From positions 10,664,001 through 10,728,000 of the forward strand of contig OX597840.1 of assembly GCA_951406725.2 (NCBI GenBank): 64,000 nucleotides of DNA, written 5' to 3'. The notes under the pieces were generated by a model that was given only the letters and a program-made list of their open reading frames with translations, ran no database searches and was not told the DNA's origin. This DNA comes from Octopus vulgaris. Lineage: Eukaryota. The translations under genes were made by a program, and so were the position numbers. The first letter of the stretch is position 1; every line of letters starts with the position of its first letter. Shown piece by piece: positions 1-13,230 of the stretch.

Positions 1-435
1 TATACTACAAGCCCACAGACTCCAAGCAATACCTCCCTTTCAATTCATGCCACCCTAGACACGTTAAAATTAACATTCCCTACAACTTAGCCAAGAGAAT
101 TTGCACTATAGTCTCCAATAAAAACACAACTTCACATGCGCATCAGAAAACCTAGTATATGTCTTAACTTGCTCGGGCTGTAATGAACACTACATAGGCC
201 AAACAAAAATAGCCTCCGCCAACGCATGACTGTCCACAGATCCCAAATAAAAATACAGGAATATAGAAAAATAGCATTTAGTGCACATATTGATACCTGT
301 GCCGCACAACTCCATCCCAATTTTAGAATCTTTCCCCTCTACAAATTTAAAGACAATGCCACTCATACCCAGCGAATAACCATGGAATCCCACCTTATTA
401 ATAAATACAGACCACTTCTAAACACATGCCCCTAA
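1..435 (+). mobile_element. Penelope-like element remnant (RT thumb plus GIY-YIG endonuclease, internally deleted)
   Basis: Reads YYKPTDSKQYLPFNSCHPRHVKINIPYNLAKRICTIVS (PLE RT C-terminus), then NLVYVLTCSGCNEHYIGQT..LRQRMTVHRSQI...ESHLINKYRPLLN (GIY-YIG). Confidence 0.85.
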
Positions 436-1288
436 CACGAACCCACAACAAACACACTTACACCTGCACACACCCTACACACACCTTTACCCAGATATTA
501 ACACCATGACACACACAAATATATGGTTCCACACATACACATAATTGAATACGGGTGCAAAACATCCAACACTATTTTTTGGAAATGGCTGTAAATATTG
601 ACTTCACACAAATACGTTGCTTCCCGATACAGGCACAAGGCCAGCAGAACTATAAATATTGAAAATTGTACTCACACACACACACATATATACACGCGCG
701 CGCGCCCCAACATACATATAAACACACACACGCGCGCGCGCGCACACACATACATACATACAGCTCTCCCTGTTCTAAACGAACTTACTTATCCAGTCAA
801 GCGGAAAATACACTCCCTAACTACGCGCTAAAAAGCTATTTAAAATATCCACATGACGTCTACTGACCAGCCTGAACAATAAGAATTTTCAACAACACTA
901 TTTTCGAAAATTCTAAACATTCACGTGACCTCTTTATTATGGCCAATAAGAAATTTTAGGCGGGACACTAGCCAAATTTTAACTTCTCTGGAGCCTTTTT
1001 TCTTACCCCAACACCAACTTCCATTCAAACATTCACGTGACCCCTTCATAATGACCAATCAAAGTTTTAGGCGCGAAACCAAGCAAATCCAAAACAACTC
1101 TGGAGCCTCTTTTTTTCCACATATAAGAGACAGACTCTAATCTCTCTTTTATATTTTGATAAGCATAACAAATGCGCAACCGGTAAAAGAACATTCACCT
1201 AATTAAATTACTTAAATTACTTCAATTATTTGTCAGCATTTTCTTCATTTCCTTTTTTATATATCACCACTCGTGTTCGACATCTCCT

Positions 1289-1332
<44 letters not shown>

Positions 1333-1455
1333 TTATATATATATATAAATATATATAAATATATATATATACATATACATATTTATTTTAAAATATATAT
1401 ATATATTTACATTTATATATATGAATATGTATTTATATATATAATGTATATATAT

Positions 1456-1501
<46 letters not shown>

Positions 1502-1551
1502 TATGTATTTATATTTATATATATATTTATTTATATATATAACATATATAT

Positions 1552-1589
<38 letters not shown>

Positions 1590-1592
<3 letters not shown>

Positions 1593-1947
1593 TCTTTTAC
1601 TTATTTCAGTCATTTGACTGCGGCCATGCTGGAGCACTGCCTTTAATCGAGCAACTCGACCCCGGGACTTCTTTGTAAGCCCAGTACTTATTCTATCAGT
1701 TTCTTTTGCCGAACCGCTAAGTGACGGGGACATAAACACACCAGCATCTGTTGTCAAGCAATGTTGGGGGGACAAACACAGACACAAACACACACATATA
1801 TATATATATACATATATACGACAGGCTTCTTTCAGTTTCCGTCTACCAAATCTACTCACAAGGCATTGGTCGGCCCGAGGCTATAGTAGAAGACACTTGT
1901 CCAAGATGCCACGCAGTGGGACTGAACCCGGAACCATGTGGTTGGTA
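1590..1947 (-). mobile_element. tRNA-headed SINE family A (internal TA/TG microsatellite, AAAAGAGT tail)
   Basis: Family head GGCGCAGGAGTGGCTGTGTGGTAAG...GGTTCAGTCCC carries A and B boxes (this copy is 5'-clipped). Other copies at about 5425-5800, 8730-9140, 13685-14087, 22425-22842, 27975-28140, 31200-31627, 35580-36407, 39080-39243, 42480-42880, 58511-58910 and 59665-60090. Confidence 0.85.
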
Positions 1948-1961
1948 ATGATATATTTGAA

Positions 1962-2070
<109 letters not shown>

Positions 2071-2272
2071 AATAAATGAAAGAATGGAGTCGAACGAAGA
2101 TTTTAGCAAAATTCCTTTACTCTCAACACATGTTTCGAAGACTGCATACTCTTAATTCCGAACACGGGGATTCTGCCCTTGACATGTAGCTTCAACCGTG
2201 TTTTCTGACGTGAATTTGCTACCCAGGTATCGGTTAACCGAATTATCAATACAAGGATAATTCATTCACCTA

Positions 2273-2315
<43 letters not shown>

Positions 2316-2488
2316 AATATTAGGGAGTAAATCCAAATTTACAGGGAACAAATCAGATTTAGGATTAAATCCAATTTTATAGTAAAATATTATATAATAT
2401 TAATTCGAGACAAAACCACTATTTTGCAAAACAAACAAGGAAAGACTTGATCAATACATAAAAATTTTTAATATAAAGAAATAAACCG

Positions 2489-2531
2489 CCACTACAATCG
2501 TTTCATGTCTTCAATGACATTCGTCAGGTGG
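2489..2531 (-). ncRNA. Minimal type I hammerhead ribozyme
   Basis: Minus strand CCAC-CUGACGA-AUGUC(AUUGAA)GACAU-GAAAC-GAUU-GUA/GUGG: complete core with stems I and II. Confidence 0.8.
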
Positions 2532-2651
2532 ATTTTCGATCTAAAATATCAATATATTAAAATATAAGTTTAAAATAATAAAATAATAAAATTATTACAC
2601 ACGCATATATGTACACACTCATATGTACATATATGTACATATTTATATATG

Positions 2652-2691
<40 letters not shown>

Positions 2692-2694
2692 CCT

Positions 2695-2997
2695 GATCAC
2701 CGTGACCGACCAGACTATCAGATGTTGCTACACATTGCTGGTCACAATGCGCTTCCCATTGTTTTAGCCTTCGAACGACGCCACCTCGCTGGCTAAGCAA
2801 GCAGGCCAACAGAAGAAAGAGTGATAGAAAGAGTGGTGAAAGAGTACAGCAGGGATCACCCCCCACCCCCTGCCGGAACCTCGAGTAGCTTTTAGGTGTT
2901 TTCGCTCAATAAACACTAACAACGCCCGTTCTGGGAATCGAAACCGCGATCCTACGACCGCGAGTCCGCTGCCCTAACCACTGGGCCATTGCGCCTC
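2695..2997 (-). mobile_element. tRNA-headed SINE family B
   Basis: Head GAGGCGCAATGGCCCAGTGGTTAGGGCAGCGGACTCGCGGTCGTAGGATCGCGGTTTCGATTCCC. Other copies at 20905-21205, 25523-25827, 50735-51118, and a variant with internal duplications at 37950-38925. Two different tails occur on the same head. Confidence 0.85.
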
Positions 2998-3065
<68 letters not shown>

Positions 3066-3168
3066 ATTTAATATAATATATATATATATATATTTATACT
3101 ATAAAATTAGATTTAATCCTAAATCTAATTTTTCCCTGTAAGTTTGGATTTACTCCCTAATATTATTA

Positions 3169-3244
<76 letters not shown>

Positions 3245-3258
<14 letters not shown>

Positions 3259-3543
3259 TGAAGTTGTGTGAGTGTCTGTCTCCTACGATTTAGATTCCTA
3301 ACTTTTACCACATTTTGCGGTGCAGTTTAACCAAAACCGGGTATCTTATAGTCGTGATTCATATCGAGCCCTTCTGGGTATTAGCGCGCGTCTACGATGA
3401 GTGTACGATTTAAAAAAAATTTACCAACATTTTCTTTTCCATTTTTAATGCATTTTTTTGCTATTTTTTGGCTATAACTCTCTAAAAATGCTTATATAGT
3501 TATTTCCCTTACAAACCCGAGCAACGCCGGGCGATAATGCTAG
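3245..3543 (+). mobile_element. Non-autonomous Helitron
   Basis: 3' hairpin CCCGAGCAACGCCGGG followed by CTAG|T; homologous to 30676-31071. Confidence 0.75.
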
Positions 3544-4117
3544 TATATATATATATATATATAATCCAAAGAAGAATACAGTGTACGTTCAAACACAAAA
3601 GAGATACCCGAAGAATAGGATTTCTGACTCGCTAGAAAGAGCAGTTAAAACTCCAAGCCACCAATTGTTGTAATTCCGAAAAGTGATTGGAAAATAAAAA
3701 CTTTTACCTTAAACCTAGGTTTCTGCAGACCTAAATACAGACTGAAATAATATAATTTCAGTCTATATTTGGCGTTACCTCTTCAGTAGGTTGCCAGGAC
3801 TGAACACATAGGTACGGAGCGATAAATAACCCGCTACGTGACTATAGGTTCTAATTTTTCGAATCTACCGCGCAGAAGCGGAACTCAACCAGCACTAAAA
3901 TATATATTGCCGATTCTCTTCCAGAATTAGCCCCAAAAACATTTTATCATTAATTAAAATATTAGGGTAGCAAGAATATTCATCGAAAAATTCTTAGTTA
4001 CCAATTGTCTAGCGAGAAGGAAAAAATTAGTCAATAGACTATGTATTATTCAAAGAAGAATACAGGACACCTTGCATGCTAGAAGGAACAGCCAAAATCC
4101 AAACCACAGTTAAAAGC

Positions 4118-4160
<43 letters not shown>

Positions 4161-5345
4161 CTTATTTGGTGTGATATTTCTACAGGTTTTTCGAGATCAT
4201 TTGTGCCTGAAAAGCATAGAAAAAATATTTTTTCTAGCTTACATAATTTATCTCATCCAGGTATAGAAGCTTCATTGAAGGTGATATCAAGTCGTTTAGT
4301 TTGGCCTGGTATGAATAAAGATATTCGTTCCTGGGTCAAGTCATGTATGCAGTGTCAAAAATTCAAAGTACAGCGTCATATCAAAGCACCATTAGGTACA
4401 TTTGCAAATCCAGATGCGAGATTCCAACATATCCACATCGATATAGTTGGACCCTTAACTCCATGTGAGGATAATATATATTTGTTGACGTATATAGATC
4501 GCTTTTCGAGATGGCCGGAGGCTTATCCGATAAAGGACGTATCTGCAGTAACTATAGCGAAAACTTTATTTACCAATTGGATGTCTAGATTTAGCATACC
4601 AAATACAGTGACAACAGATCGTGTTAGACAATTTGAGTCTAGCCTGTTCGCAGAATTCAATAAATTGTTGGGGATTAATAGAATTTGTACAACTTCATAT
4701 CACTCACAATCTAACGGCATGATAGAAAGGTTCCATAGGCTGTTGAAATCTTCATTAAGAACTTATTCTGATTCTAACAGTTGGTTAGAAGCCTTACCAG
4801 TGGTATTGTTAGGAAATAGAAGTGCTGTTAAAGAAAATATACAATATTCTCCTGCTGAACTCTTGTACGGAACAACATTAACTCTACCTGGTCAAATGTT
4901 CGAAGAAACCAATTCTTTTAATGGAGATGTTAAGGATTATGTAACTCGTCTTAGGAGATTTCTTACTGTTATTCCTTCTTTTACAAGAAAATTGCAAAAT
5001 GTTAAAAGATTCGTTCCTTCTGATATAAATTCTTGGACACATGTATTTGTACGTAACGATGCTACTCATAATTCACTGAAATATAAATACACTGGACCTT
5101 TAAAGTATTGTCTGTGAGAGACAAAACTATGACTTTGGAGATGAATGGTAAAAAAGAGATTGCCAGTGTAGACAGAGTAAAAAAAAGCTTATTTCGATCA
5201 ATATTCATGTCATGAGAATGAAGATGTGAGCAATACATATCGACATAGATTGAAACAAAGTGATATTCAAAGAAACAAATCCAATGTTAATGAAAAAACA
5301 AAGTCAATTTTGAAATTACCTACAGATGTGAAAAAGACTAGAAGT
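4161..5345 (+). mobile_element. Ty3/Gypsy LTR retrotransposon pol remnant (integrase)
   Basis: ORF 4203-5117 has the HHCC zinc motif (HNLSHPG...CMQCQ), HIHIDIVGPL, TTDR and SNGMIERFHR (DDE core). A frameshift near 5100 leads into the GPY/F-type tail (..SVDRVK). Confidence 0.9.
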
Positions 5346-6019
5346 GGCAGAATTGTACAATTTCCAAAAAAACTTTCTCAGTTTGTTTGAGGATTTTCAA
5401 AAATTTTATATTCCTGGATTATATATTACTCTTTTACTCTTTTACTCTTTTACTTGTTTCAGTCATTTGACTGCGGCCATGCTGGAGCACCACCTTTTAG
5501 TACTTATTCTATCGGTCTCTTTTTGCCGAACCGCTAAGTGACGGGAACCTAAACACACCAACATCGGTTGTCAAGCAATGCTAGGGGGACAAACACAGAC
5601 ACACAAACACACGCATACATATATATATACATATATACGACAGGCTTCTTTCAGTTTCCGTCTACCAAATCCACTCACAAGGCATTGGTCGGCCCGGGGC
5701 TATAGCAGAAGACACTTGCCCAAGATGCCACGCAGTGGGACTGAACCCGCAACCGTGTGGTTGGTTAGCAAGCTACTTACCACACAGCCACTCCTGCGCC
5801 TATATATATATATTAAAAAAAATTTTTGCAATGAAATGAAATGAACTGTATATGAACTTTATAATTATTAAGCCGTATTGGAAAGGCTAATTTCATATGT
5901 TTAACATGTAATTTATAAATGCATTGTATATATTGATATGTTGTAAGCATTAATTCAAATGTTGTATTAAAAAAAAATATGTATTACGAATTTCCTTTCG
6001 CAAAATTTTAACAATTTTT

Positions 6020-6575
6020 CTGGCGAGAGGCTGATATAGCAATAACCATTTTAGCCATTTTGAAATGTGGCGCGAATTGGCAATATGACGTAATGTCGTA
6101 TTGCCGAAGAATTATCATTTTCGTTTTTTCCATTGGTTAATATAACTGCTCATATAAAGATTCTAAAAGTTTCGTAAAGAATATTTGTCATGGATTTCGA
6201 TTCTTTTTAGTCAAGTTGAGCAGTTATAAAAACCCTGGATTTTGGGGAAAATATCAGTGTTTGTTGGATGTCACTGAACTCCACGACACTCACTCTTTTG
6301 AGACATCGGGAATTTTCATGCCATGTCTAGAGTTAATCACAAATCTATTTTGATTTGTTGGTTAATGTATTAGCTAGAATTGAGAAATTAGTTAATGAAA
6401 TTATAGTCGTTGTTCTTCACGACAAAGTTATCTTTCCTACGGTAAATAATATAAAATGTTATATTTATATAATAAAACTAATTAAAAGAAAATGTTTCTC
6501 TTCACGTTTGTATTTCAACTGAGCATAAATAAGTATGCATTTCTGTAATCCTTAATTTATGTTTTCTTATAGCGG
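6020..6575 (+). mobile_element. Possible 3' LTR of the Gypsy remnant
   Basis: Purine-rich GGCGAGAGG downstream of pol, then a segment with TATAAAA (about 6225) and AATAAA (about 6471). No second LTR in the window to confirm. Confidence 0.3.
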
Positions 6576-6931
6576 TTTAAAGAACACGATTAAAATATTC
6601 GACATACATGTCATTAATATAGCATTTCATGCGTTTGTCTCTATGACGTTATAACAGTAGTTGGGGTTTTAGATATAATGATAACACTTTAGTATAAGTG
6701 ACGTTGAATCATTATATTCTCCCTTACTCAGAGAAAAGCCAAATAAAATAATATAAACTAAGAGAAAGCTTAAGGTTTAAAACAAAAACCTCCATACAAG
6801 CGTATCCTATTCATTATTTATTTCGTTGGGAATGCAGACAGGTTTTATTTCGGTGAAAATAAAAGGCATTTTTTAAATTCTGAAACGTCACTCCTGAAAA
6901 TTGCCTTCCAGCATACATAAAATATATGTTA

Positions 6932-7163
6932 TAAGGCGGCGAGCTGGCAGAATCGTTAGCACGCCGGGCGAAATGCGTTGCCGTATTTCGTCTGCCGTTA
7001 CGTTCCGAGTTCAAATTCCGCCGAAGACGACTTTGCCTTTCATCCTTCCGGGCTCAATAAATTAAGTACCAGTTACGCACTGGGGTCGATGTAATCGACT
7101 TAATCCGTTTGTCTGTCCTTGCTTGTCTCCTCTGTGTTTAGCCCCTTGTGGGTAGTAAAGAAA
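6932..7163 (+). mobile_element. SINE family C, single unit
   Basis: Head AAGGCGGCGAGCTGGCAGAATCGTTAGC, B-box-like GAGTTCAAATTCC and core GCCTTTCATCCTT..GGG.TCGATAAATTAAGTACCAG. Many copies in the window. Confidence 0.8.
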
Positions 7164-9554
7164 TATATATTCTAACTACCTTTTCTCTCTTCTGTTTAAT
7201 TCTATTCGTTTCTATGCTATTTGATTCTGGTGGCCGTTGTTGGTGTAGAGAGGGATGGGCCCCGTCTCTCTTGTCCGTTTAGCTTGGGATAGTCAATTTT
7301 TAAATGCTTAGTTGAAGAGCAAAAGTAGTACTTAGGTTTTCTTCCGTCGACCCTGACAGGACTTATGCTGCCTCCAGGAAGAAGGATCTGGTCTGGGATG
7401 AGATCCACATTCTTTTGTGTTGCTTGAATGAGGAGGTCTACGGTCATCCCAGACCAGTTTTCTTTCACTTATAATTCTGATCCTATGCCGACGTTTGAAA
7501 GCAAAGGCGGCAAAGTGACAGAATCGTTAGCAAGCCGGACAAACTGCTTAGTGGCATTTCTTCCGACTGTTTATGTTCTCCTCCCAAATGGCGCCGAGGC
7601 CGACTTCGCAATTCATCTTTTAGATATCGGTAAGATAAATTAAAATAAAATAATACATTAAATAAATATATTAAAGTCATTGATATCAACTACCCTCTTC
7701 CCTCTTCCCCTAAAACTGCTGGCCTTGTGCCAACATTTCAAACCATGATCCCACCTTCACAAAGAGGAAAAGAGAAAATTGGCCAAGCTGGAGTGTTTTT
7801 GTATATATAAAAACATCCTTTTAGTTATGCAGTATTTTGCATATTCATAGAATCATGTGTGGTGTTCATGTTTTAGGTGCAACTGCATTGATTCCGGACA
7901 CGATTTAGTCTTTATTGTGAATTATCTATCTGTTTTACATCCACTTTGTAATGTGTTTCGTTGGAAGTGTAGACATTTTCAAATTTCGGTGTAAATAAAA
8001 TGCATTTTGGAAATTCTGAAACGTAACCTTCGAACTGACCTTGAACTGACCTTCGAGAAGCATATATATGTCATGAATCAATTTTGCCTATGTAAACAAC
8101 TCTTGAATAATTTTCTGCTTTGTCAACCGAAAAAAGAGAGTTCTTTGTATTTTCTTTTTAATGATATTGCCAAAAATATATTTCAAAAGAATTTTTTCCA
8201 TTAATTGCCAGGAGCATGGCTGCAACGCAACCATGGTTCACAGAATCATGCGTGGTATTCAGGTTTTTATGTGCAATTGTATTGATTCCGTACACAACAA
8301 TGTCTTTATTATGAATTATACACAAACGTATCCTATTCGTTTTTTGTTTCGAAGGGTGTGTAGACATGTCTAATCTCGGTGTGAATAAAATGCATTATGG
8401 AAAATCTGAAACGTCACTACTGAAACGCTTTTCCTTTTTGAATCAAAAAGCATCGAGACGAAGATAATTGAACAAAAGATAGAAAAAGCAGTTGAGATAA
8501 AAATTTTCGTATGTTGGGTGACACTTTTGTTTGGGCGAGTACCTCTTAAATAATGCTTCGGCTTAACGAAATTCCAGGTAATTTATTTCAAAAGAATTTC
8601 TTTGTATTTATTGCCACCGTAGGCTCAGGCATGACTGGTGATTAATAAACTCGCTTTGCAACGCAACCATAACGTTTCGGGTTCAATCCCAAGGCAAGTG
8701 TCTCCTGCTACACTCCCGGGCCAACCAATCCTTTACTCTCTTTACTGGTTTCAGTCATTTGACAGCGGCCATGCTGGAGCACCACCTTTAATCGAGCAAT
8801 TCGACCCCGGGACTTATTCTTTTGTAAGCCCAGTACTTATTCTATCGGTCTCTTTTGCCGAACCGCTAGGTAACGGAGACATAAACACACCAGCATCGGT
8901 TGTCAAGCAATGCTAGGGGGACAAACACAAACACACAAACATATACACACACACTTATATATATATATACATATATACGACAGGCTTCTTTCAGTTTCCG
9001 TCTACCAAATCCACTCACAAGGCTTTGGTCGGCCCGAGGCTATAGCAGAAGACACTTGCCCAAGATGCCACGCAGTGAGACTGAACCCGGAACCATGTGG
9101 TTGGTAAGCAAGCTACTTACCACACAGCCACTCCTGCGCGGTAGACGGAAACTGTGTAGAAAGATTTCGTATGTTTGCACCTGTATTTGTCTTTATGTGT
9201 GTGTTTGTTACCCTTCGGACATGAAAATGAACGAACAAAATAATCCGTTTATCTGTGTCCTTCATCAGTAGGGGCCGCTAAATAACATAATTATGGGACA
9301 AGTAGAGAATACATGTACCATCTTTAGACATTATAATTTTTCAAATCCACCGCACAAGCGTAGTTATCGTCAGCAGCAAATAAAAAATAGATTATGATTT
9401 GTATGCCTCCTTATGACCTTGCAGTTCGGCAAATGAGAACTAAGTATGAAGCTTAAATCAAAAAGAAAAGTCAAAAACAAAAGATAAAAAGATAAGGATA
9501 CAGGTCTAAAATAAGTGACAGTATTTAATCAAATATATATTTCAAATATATATA

Positions 9555-10140
9555 TTTCTTTACTACCCACAGAGGGGACAAACAAGGACAGACAAACGGA
9601 TTAAGTCGATTATATCGAACCCAGTGCGTAACTGGTACTTAATTTATCGACCCCGAAAGGATGAAAGGCAAAGTCGACCTCGGCGGAATTTGAACTCAGA
9701 ACGTAACGGCAGACGAAATACCTATTTCTTTACTACCCACAAGGAGCTAAACACAGAGGGGAAAAACAAGGACAGACATAGGTATTGAGTCGATTACATC
9801 GACCCCAGTGCGTAACTGGTACTTAATTTATCGACCCCGAAAGGATGAAAGGCAAAGTCAAACTCGGCGGAATTTGAACTCAGAACGTAGCGACGGGCGA
9901 AATACCTATTTCTTTACTACCCACAAGGGGCTAAACACAGACGGGACAAACAAGGACAGACGAAGGGATTAAGTCGATTATATCAACCCCAGTGCGTAAC
10001 TGGTACTTAAATTATCGACCCCGAAGGGATGAAAGGCAAAGTCGACCTCGGCGGAATTTGAACTCAGAACGTAACGGCAGACGAAATACGGCTACCCATT
10101 TCGCCCGACGTGCTAACGTTTCTGCCAGCTCACCGCCTTA
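9555..10140 (-). mobile_element. SINE family C with three tandem body units
   Basis: One head at about 10140 followed by three about 180-bp body repeats. Confidence 0.8.
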
Positions 10141-10231
10141 ATCAAATATACCCAGAGAGAACTCCAGCGAACCCCTACAAGAACAGAGGGAATAATAAGG
10201 AAGTTAATAAACCCGTCTTCTTATACGTCAA

Positions 10232-11565
10232 GTATTAATCAACCATACAAACCCATTGGTTTAATAATATATCAAACTATCTCGGTGTATAATAGTTGTT
10301 TCGCAACTTAAACGTTTAATTTTGAACTAAGGCCTATATAACACGTATATACACTATAAAAGGCTTATTCATTTAGTGAGGGGCGATTCACTATTATTAA
10401 TCAACGATATTAATATTAATATTAATCAACGATACAAACCCATTGGTTTAATAATATATCAAACTATCTCGGTGTATAATAGTTGTTTCGCAACTTAAAC
10501 GTTTAATTTTGAACTAAGGCCTATATAACACGTATATACACTATAAAAGGCTTATTCATTTGGTGAGGGGCGATTCACTATTATTAATCAACGATATTAA
10601 TATTACTATTAATATTAATATTAATCAACGATACAAACCCATTGGTTTAATAATATATCAAACTATCTCGGTGTATAATAGTTGTTTCGCAACTTAAACG
10701 TTTAATTTTGAACTAAGGCCTATATAACACGTATATACACTATAAAAGGCTTATTCATTTGGTGAGGGGCGATTCACTATTATTAATCAACGATATTAAT
10801 ATTAATATTAATATTAATCAACGATACAAACCCATTGGTTTAATAATATATCAAACTATCTCGGTGTATAATAGTCGTTTCGCAACTTAAACGTTGAATT
10901 TTGAACTAAGGCCTATATTACACGTATATACACTATAAAAAGGCTTATTCATTTGGTGAGGGGCGATTCACTATTATTAATCAACGATATTAATATTAAT
11001 ATTATTATTAATATTAATCAACGATACAAACCCATTGGTTTAATAATATATCAAACTATCTCGGTGTATAATAGTTGTTTCGCAACTTAAACGTTGAATT
11101 TTGAACTAAGGCCTATATTACACGTATATACACTATAAAAGGATTATTCATTTGGTGAGGGGCGATTCACTATTATTAATCAACGATATTAATATTAATA
11201 TTAATATTAATATTAATCAACGATACAAACCCATTGGTTTAATAATATATCAAACTATCTCGGTGTATAATAGTTGTTTCGCAACTTAAACGTTTAATTT
11301 TGAACTAAGGTCTATATTACACGTATATACACTATAAAAGGCTTATTCATTTGGTGAGGGGCGATTCACTATTATTAATCAACGATATTAATATTAATAT
11401 TAATCAACGATACAAACCCATTGGTTTAATAATATATCAAACTATCTCGGTGTATAATAGTTGTTTCGCAACTAAAACGTTTAATTTTGAACTAAGGCCT
11501 ATACAACACGTATATACTCTATAAAAGGCTTATTCATTTGGTGAGGCGCGATTCACTATTATTGA
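10232..11565. repeat. Tandem minisatellite, 7 units of about 186-199 bp
   Basis: Unit CAAACCCATTGGTTTAATAATATATC...GAGGGGCGATTCACTATT. Unit length varies with the copy number of an internal ATTAAT hexamer. Confidence 0.95.
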
Positions 11566-11971
11566 TATACTGTTAGTGGATTTAAAAGTTTTTCTATATA
11601 AATTTATCTTCAAGTAAAAAAAGCAACAATAGTCATTTGTGTCCCTTTCTGTAGAAGAGCGTAGGCTCGAAATGTAAAAAACTTTTTCTATTCCTGAGTG
11701 TTATATTAATACATCTGCTTGTTTTGTACACCACCTGTCTTCGTCTTTTGTTTTTTACGTAAACTCTCCCTATATATATATATATATATATATATACCTA
11801 TCTTCCGATTTATTTGTCCTATCCATCCATCCAAATTAAAAGCAGGAAAAATATATAATAAATGAACACAGAAGATATACATCTAAAATAATATTGTATT
11901 AATAGATAGATGTATAAATATGATAAATATATAAAGTAATGATTATTTAAAACGCTTAAAAGTTTTAAATT

Positions 11972-12060
11972 TCTTACGATCGTTTCGTGAATGCATTACA
12001 GTTAGAAATGGAATCTAAAACTGATAACCATTATTAGGTAATACAGCCACTCGTCAGAGA
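11972..12060 (-). ncRNA. Hammerhead ribozyme (left arm of inverted repeat)
   Basis: UCU-CUGACGA-GUGGCUGUAUUAC...GUAAUGCAUUCAC-GAAAC-GAUC-GUA/AGA. Confidence 0.75.
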
Positions 12061-12186
12061 GAAAGGGGTGAATTTCCGCGTAGTCAATTAAAAGTTATTT
12101 AACTTTTAAACAACATCTTTAAACAACATCTTTTTCATGTATTTTTAAATAGCATTCGATTGACTACACGGAAATTTACCTCTTTC

Positions 12187-12275
12187 TCTCTGACGAGTGG
12201 ATGTATTACCAGATAATGATTATCAATTTTAGATTCCATTTCTAAGAGTAATACATTCACGAAACGATCGTAGGA
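12187..12275 (+). ncRNA. Hammerhead ribozyme (right arm of inverted repeat)
   Basis: UCU-CUGACGA-GUGGAUGUAUUAC...GUAAUACAUUCAC-GAAAC-GAUC-GUA/GGA; 13-bp stem II and palindromic loop 3. Confidence 0.8.
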
Positions 12276-12309
12276 TATTTAAAACTTTTTCAATAATTAT
12301 ACTTTATAT

Positions 12310-12728
12310 GTATTTCTTTATTGCCCACAAGGGGCTGAACATGGAGGGGACAAACAAGGACAGACAAAAGGATTAAGTCCATTACATCGACCCCAGTGCG
12401 AAACTGGTACATTATTTATCGACCCCGAAAGGATGAAAGGCAAAGTCGACCTCGGCGGAATTTGAACTCAGAACGTAACGACAGACGAAATACCTATTTC
12501 TTTACTACCCACAAGGGGCTAAACAGAGAGAGGGCAAACAAGGACAGACAAACGGATTAAGTCGATTATATCGACCCCAGTGCGGAACTGGTACTTATTT
12601 AATCGACCCCGAGAGGATGAAAGGCAAAGTCGGCCTCGGCGGAATTTGAACTCAGAACGTAGTGGTAGACGAAATACCGCTAAGCATTTCGCCCGGCGTG
12701 CTAACGTTTCTGCCAGCTCGCCGCCTTA
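12310..12728 (-). mobile_element. SINE family C, two tandem body units
   Basis: Same sequence as 9555-10140. Confidence 0.8.
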
Positions 12729-12900
12729 ATACCGTTAAGCATTTCGACGGCGCTCTGAAGCGAGAGGACCGAAGATGGCTTGAAAGTCATACACACGCCG
12801 AAGGGAAATAACATCATTAGGTGAGACAAGCTGACTGACAGGTGACGGTCGTTTAGAAAAAGCGCGGGCTAAAACTACGTGCCTTCACTAATCAGTTAAG

Positions 12901-13230
12901 AGTGAGGGCGCGTGGCTTAGTGGTTAGGGCATTCGGCTCATGATCGTAAGGTTGTGAGTTCGATTCCCGGCGACGCGTTGTGTCCTTGAGCAAGACACTT
13001 TATTTCACGTTGCTCCAGTCCACTCAGCTGGCAAAAATGAGTTGTACTTGTACTTCAAAGGGTCAGCCTTGTCACTCTCTGTGTCACGCTGATTATCCCC
13101 GAGAACTACGTTAAGGGTACACGTGTCTGTGGAATGCTCAGCCATTTGCACGTTAATTTCACGAGCAAGCTGTTCCGTTGATCGTATCAGCTGAGACCCT
13201 CGTCGTCGTAACCGGCGGAGTCTTTAGAAG
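12901..13230 (+). mobile_element. tRNA-headed SINE (family B relative) with TSD
   Basis: A and B boxes; TSD TCAGTTAAG at 12892-12900 and 13231-13239. Confidence 0.85.

Noticed and set aside
1751-1948. Recurrent ORF ending [18 protein letters not shown], resembling a Cys-rich peptide family
   Set aside because: Antisense translation of SINE family A; the frame is not conserved across copies.
10232-11565. CRISPR-like periodicity (also 23821-24312, 54830-55300, 57399-58372)
   Set aside because: No unique spacers, no cas genes and a eukaryotic context; these are tandem repeats.
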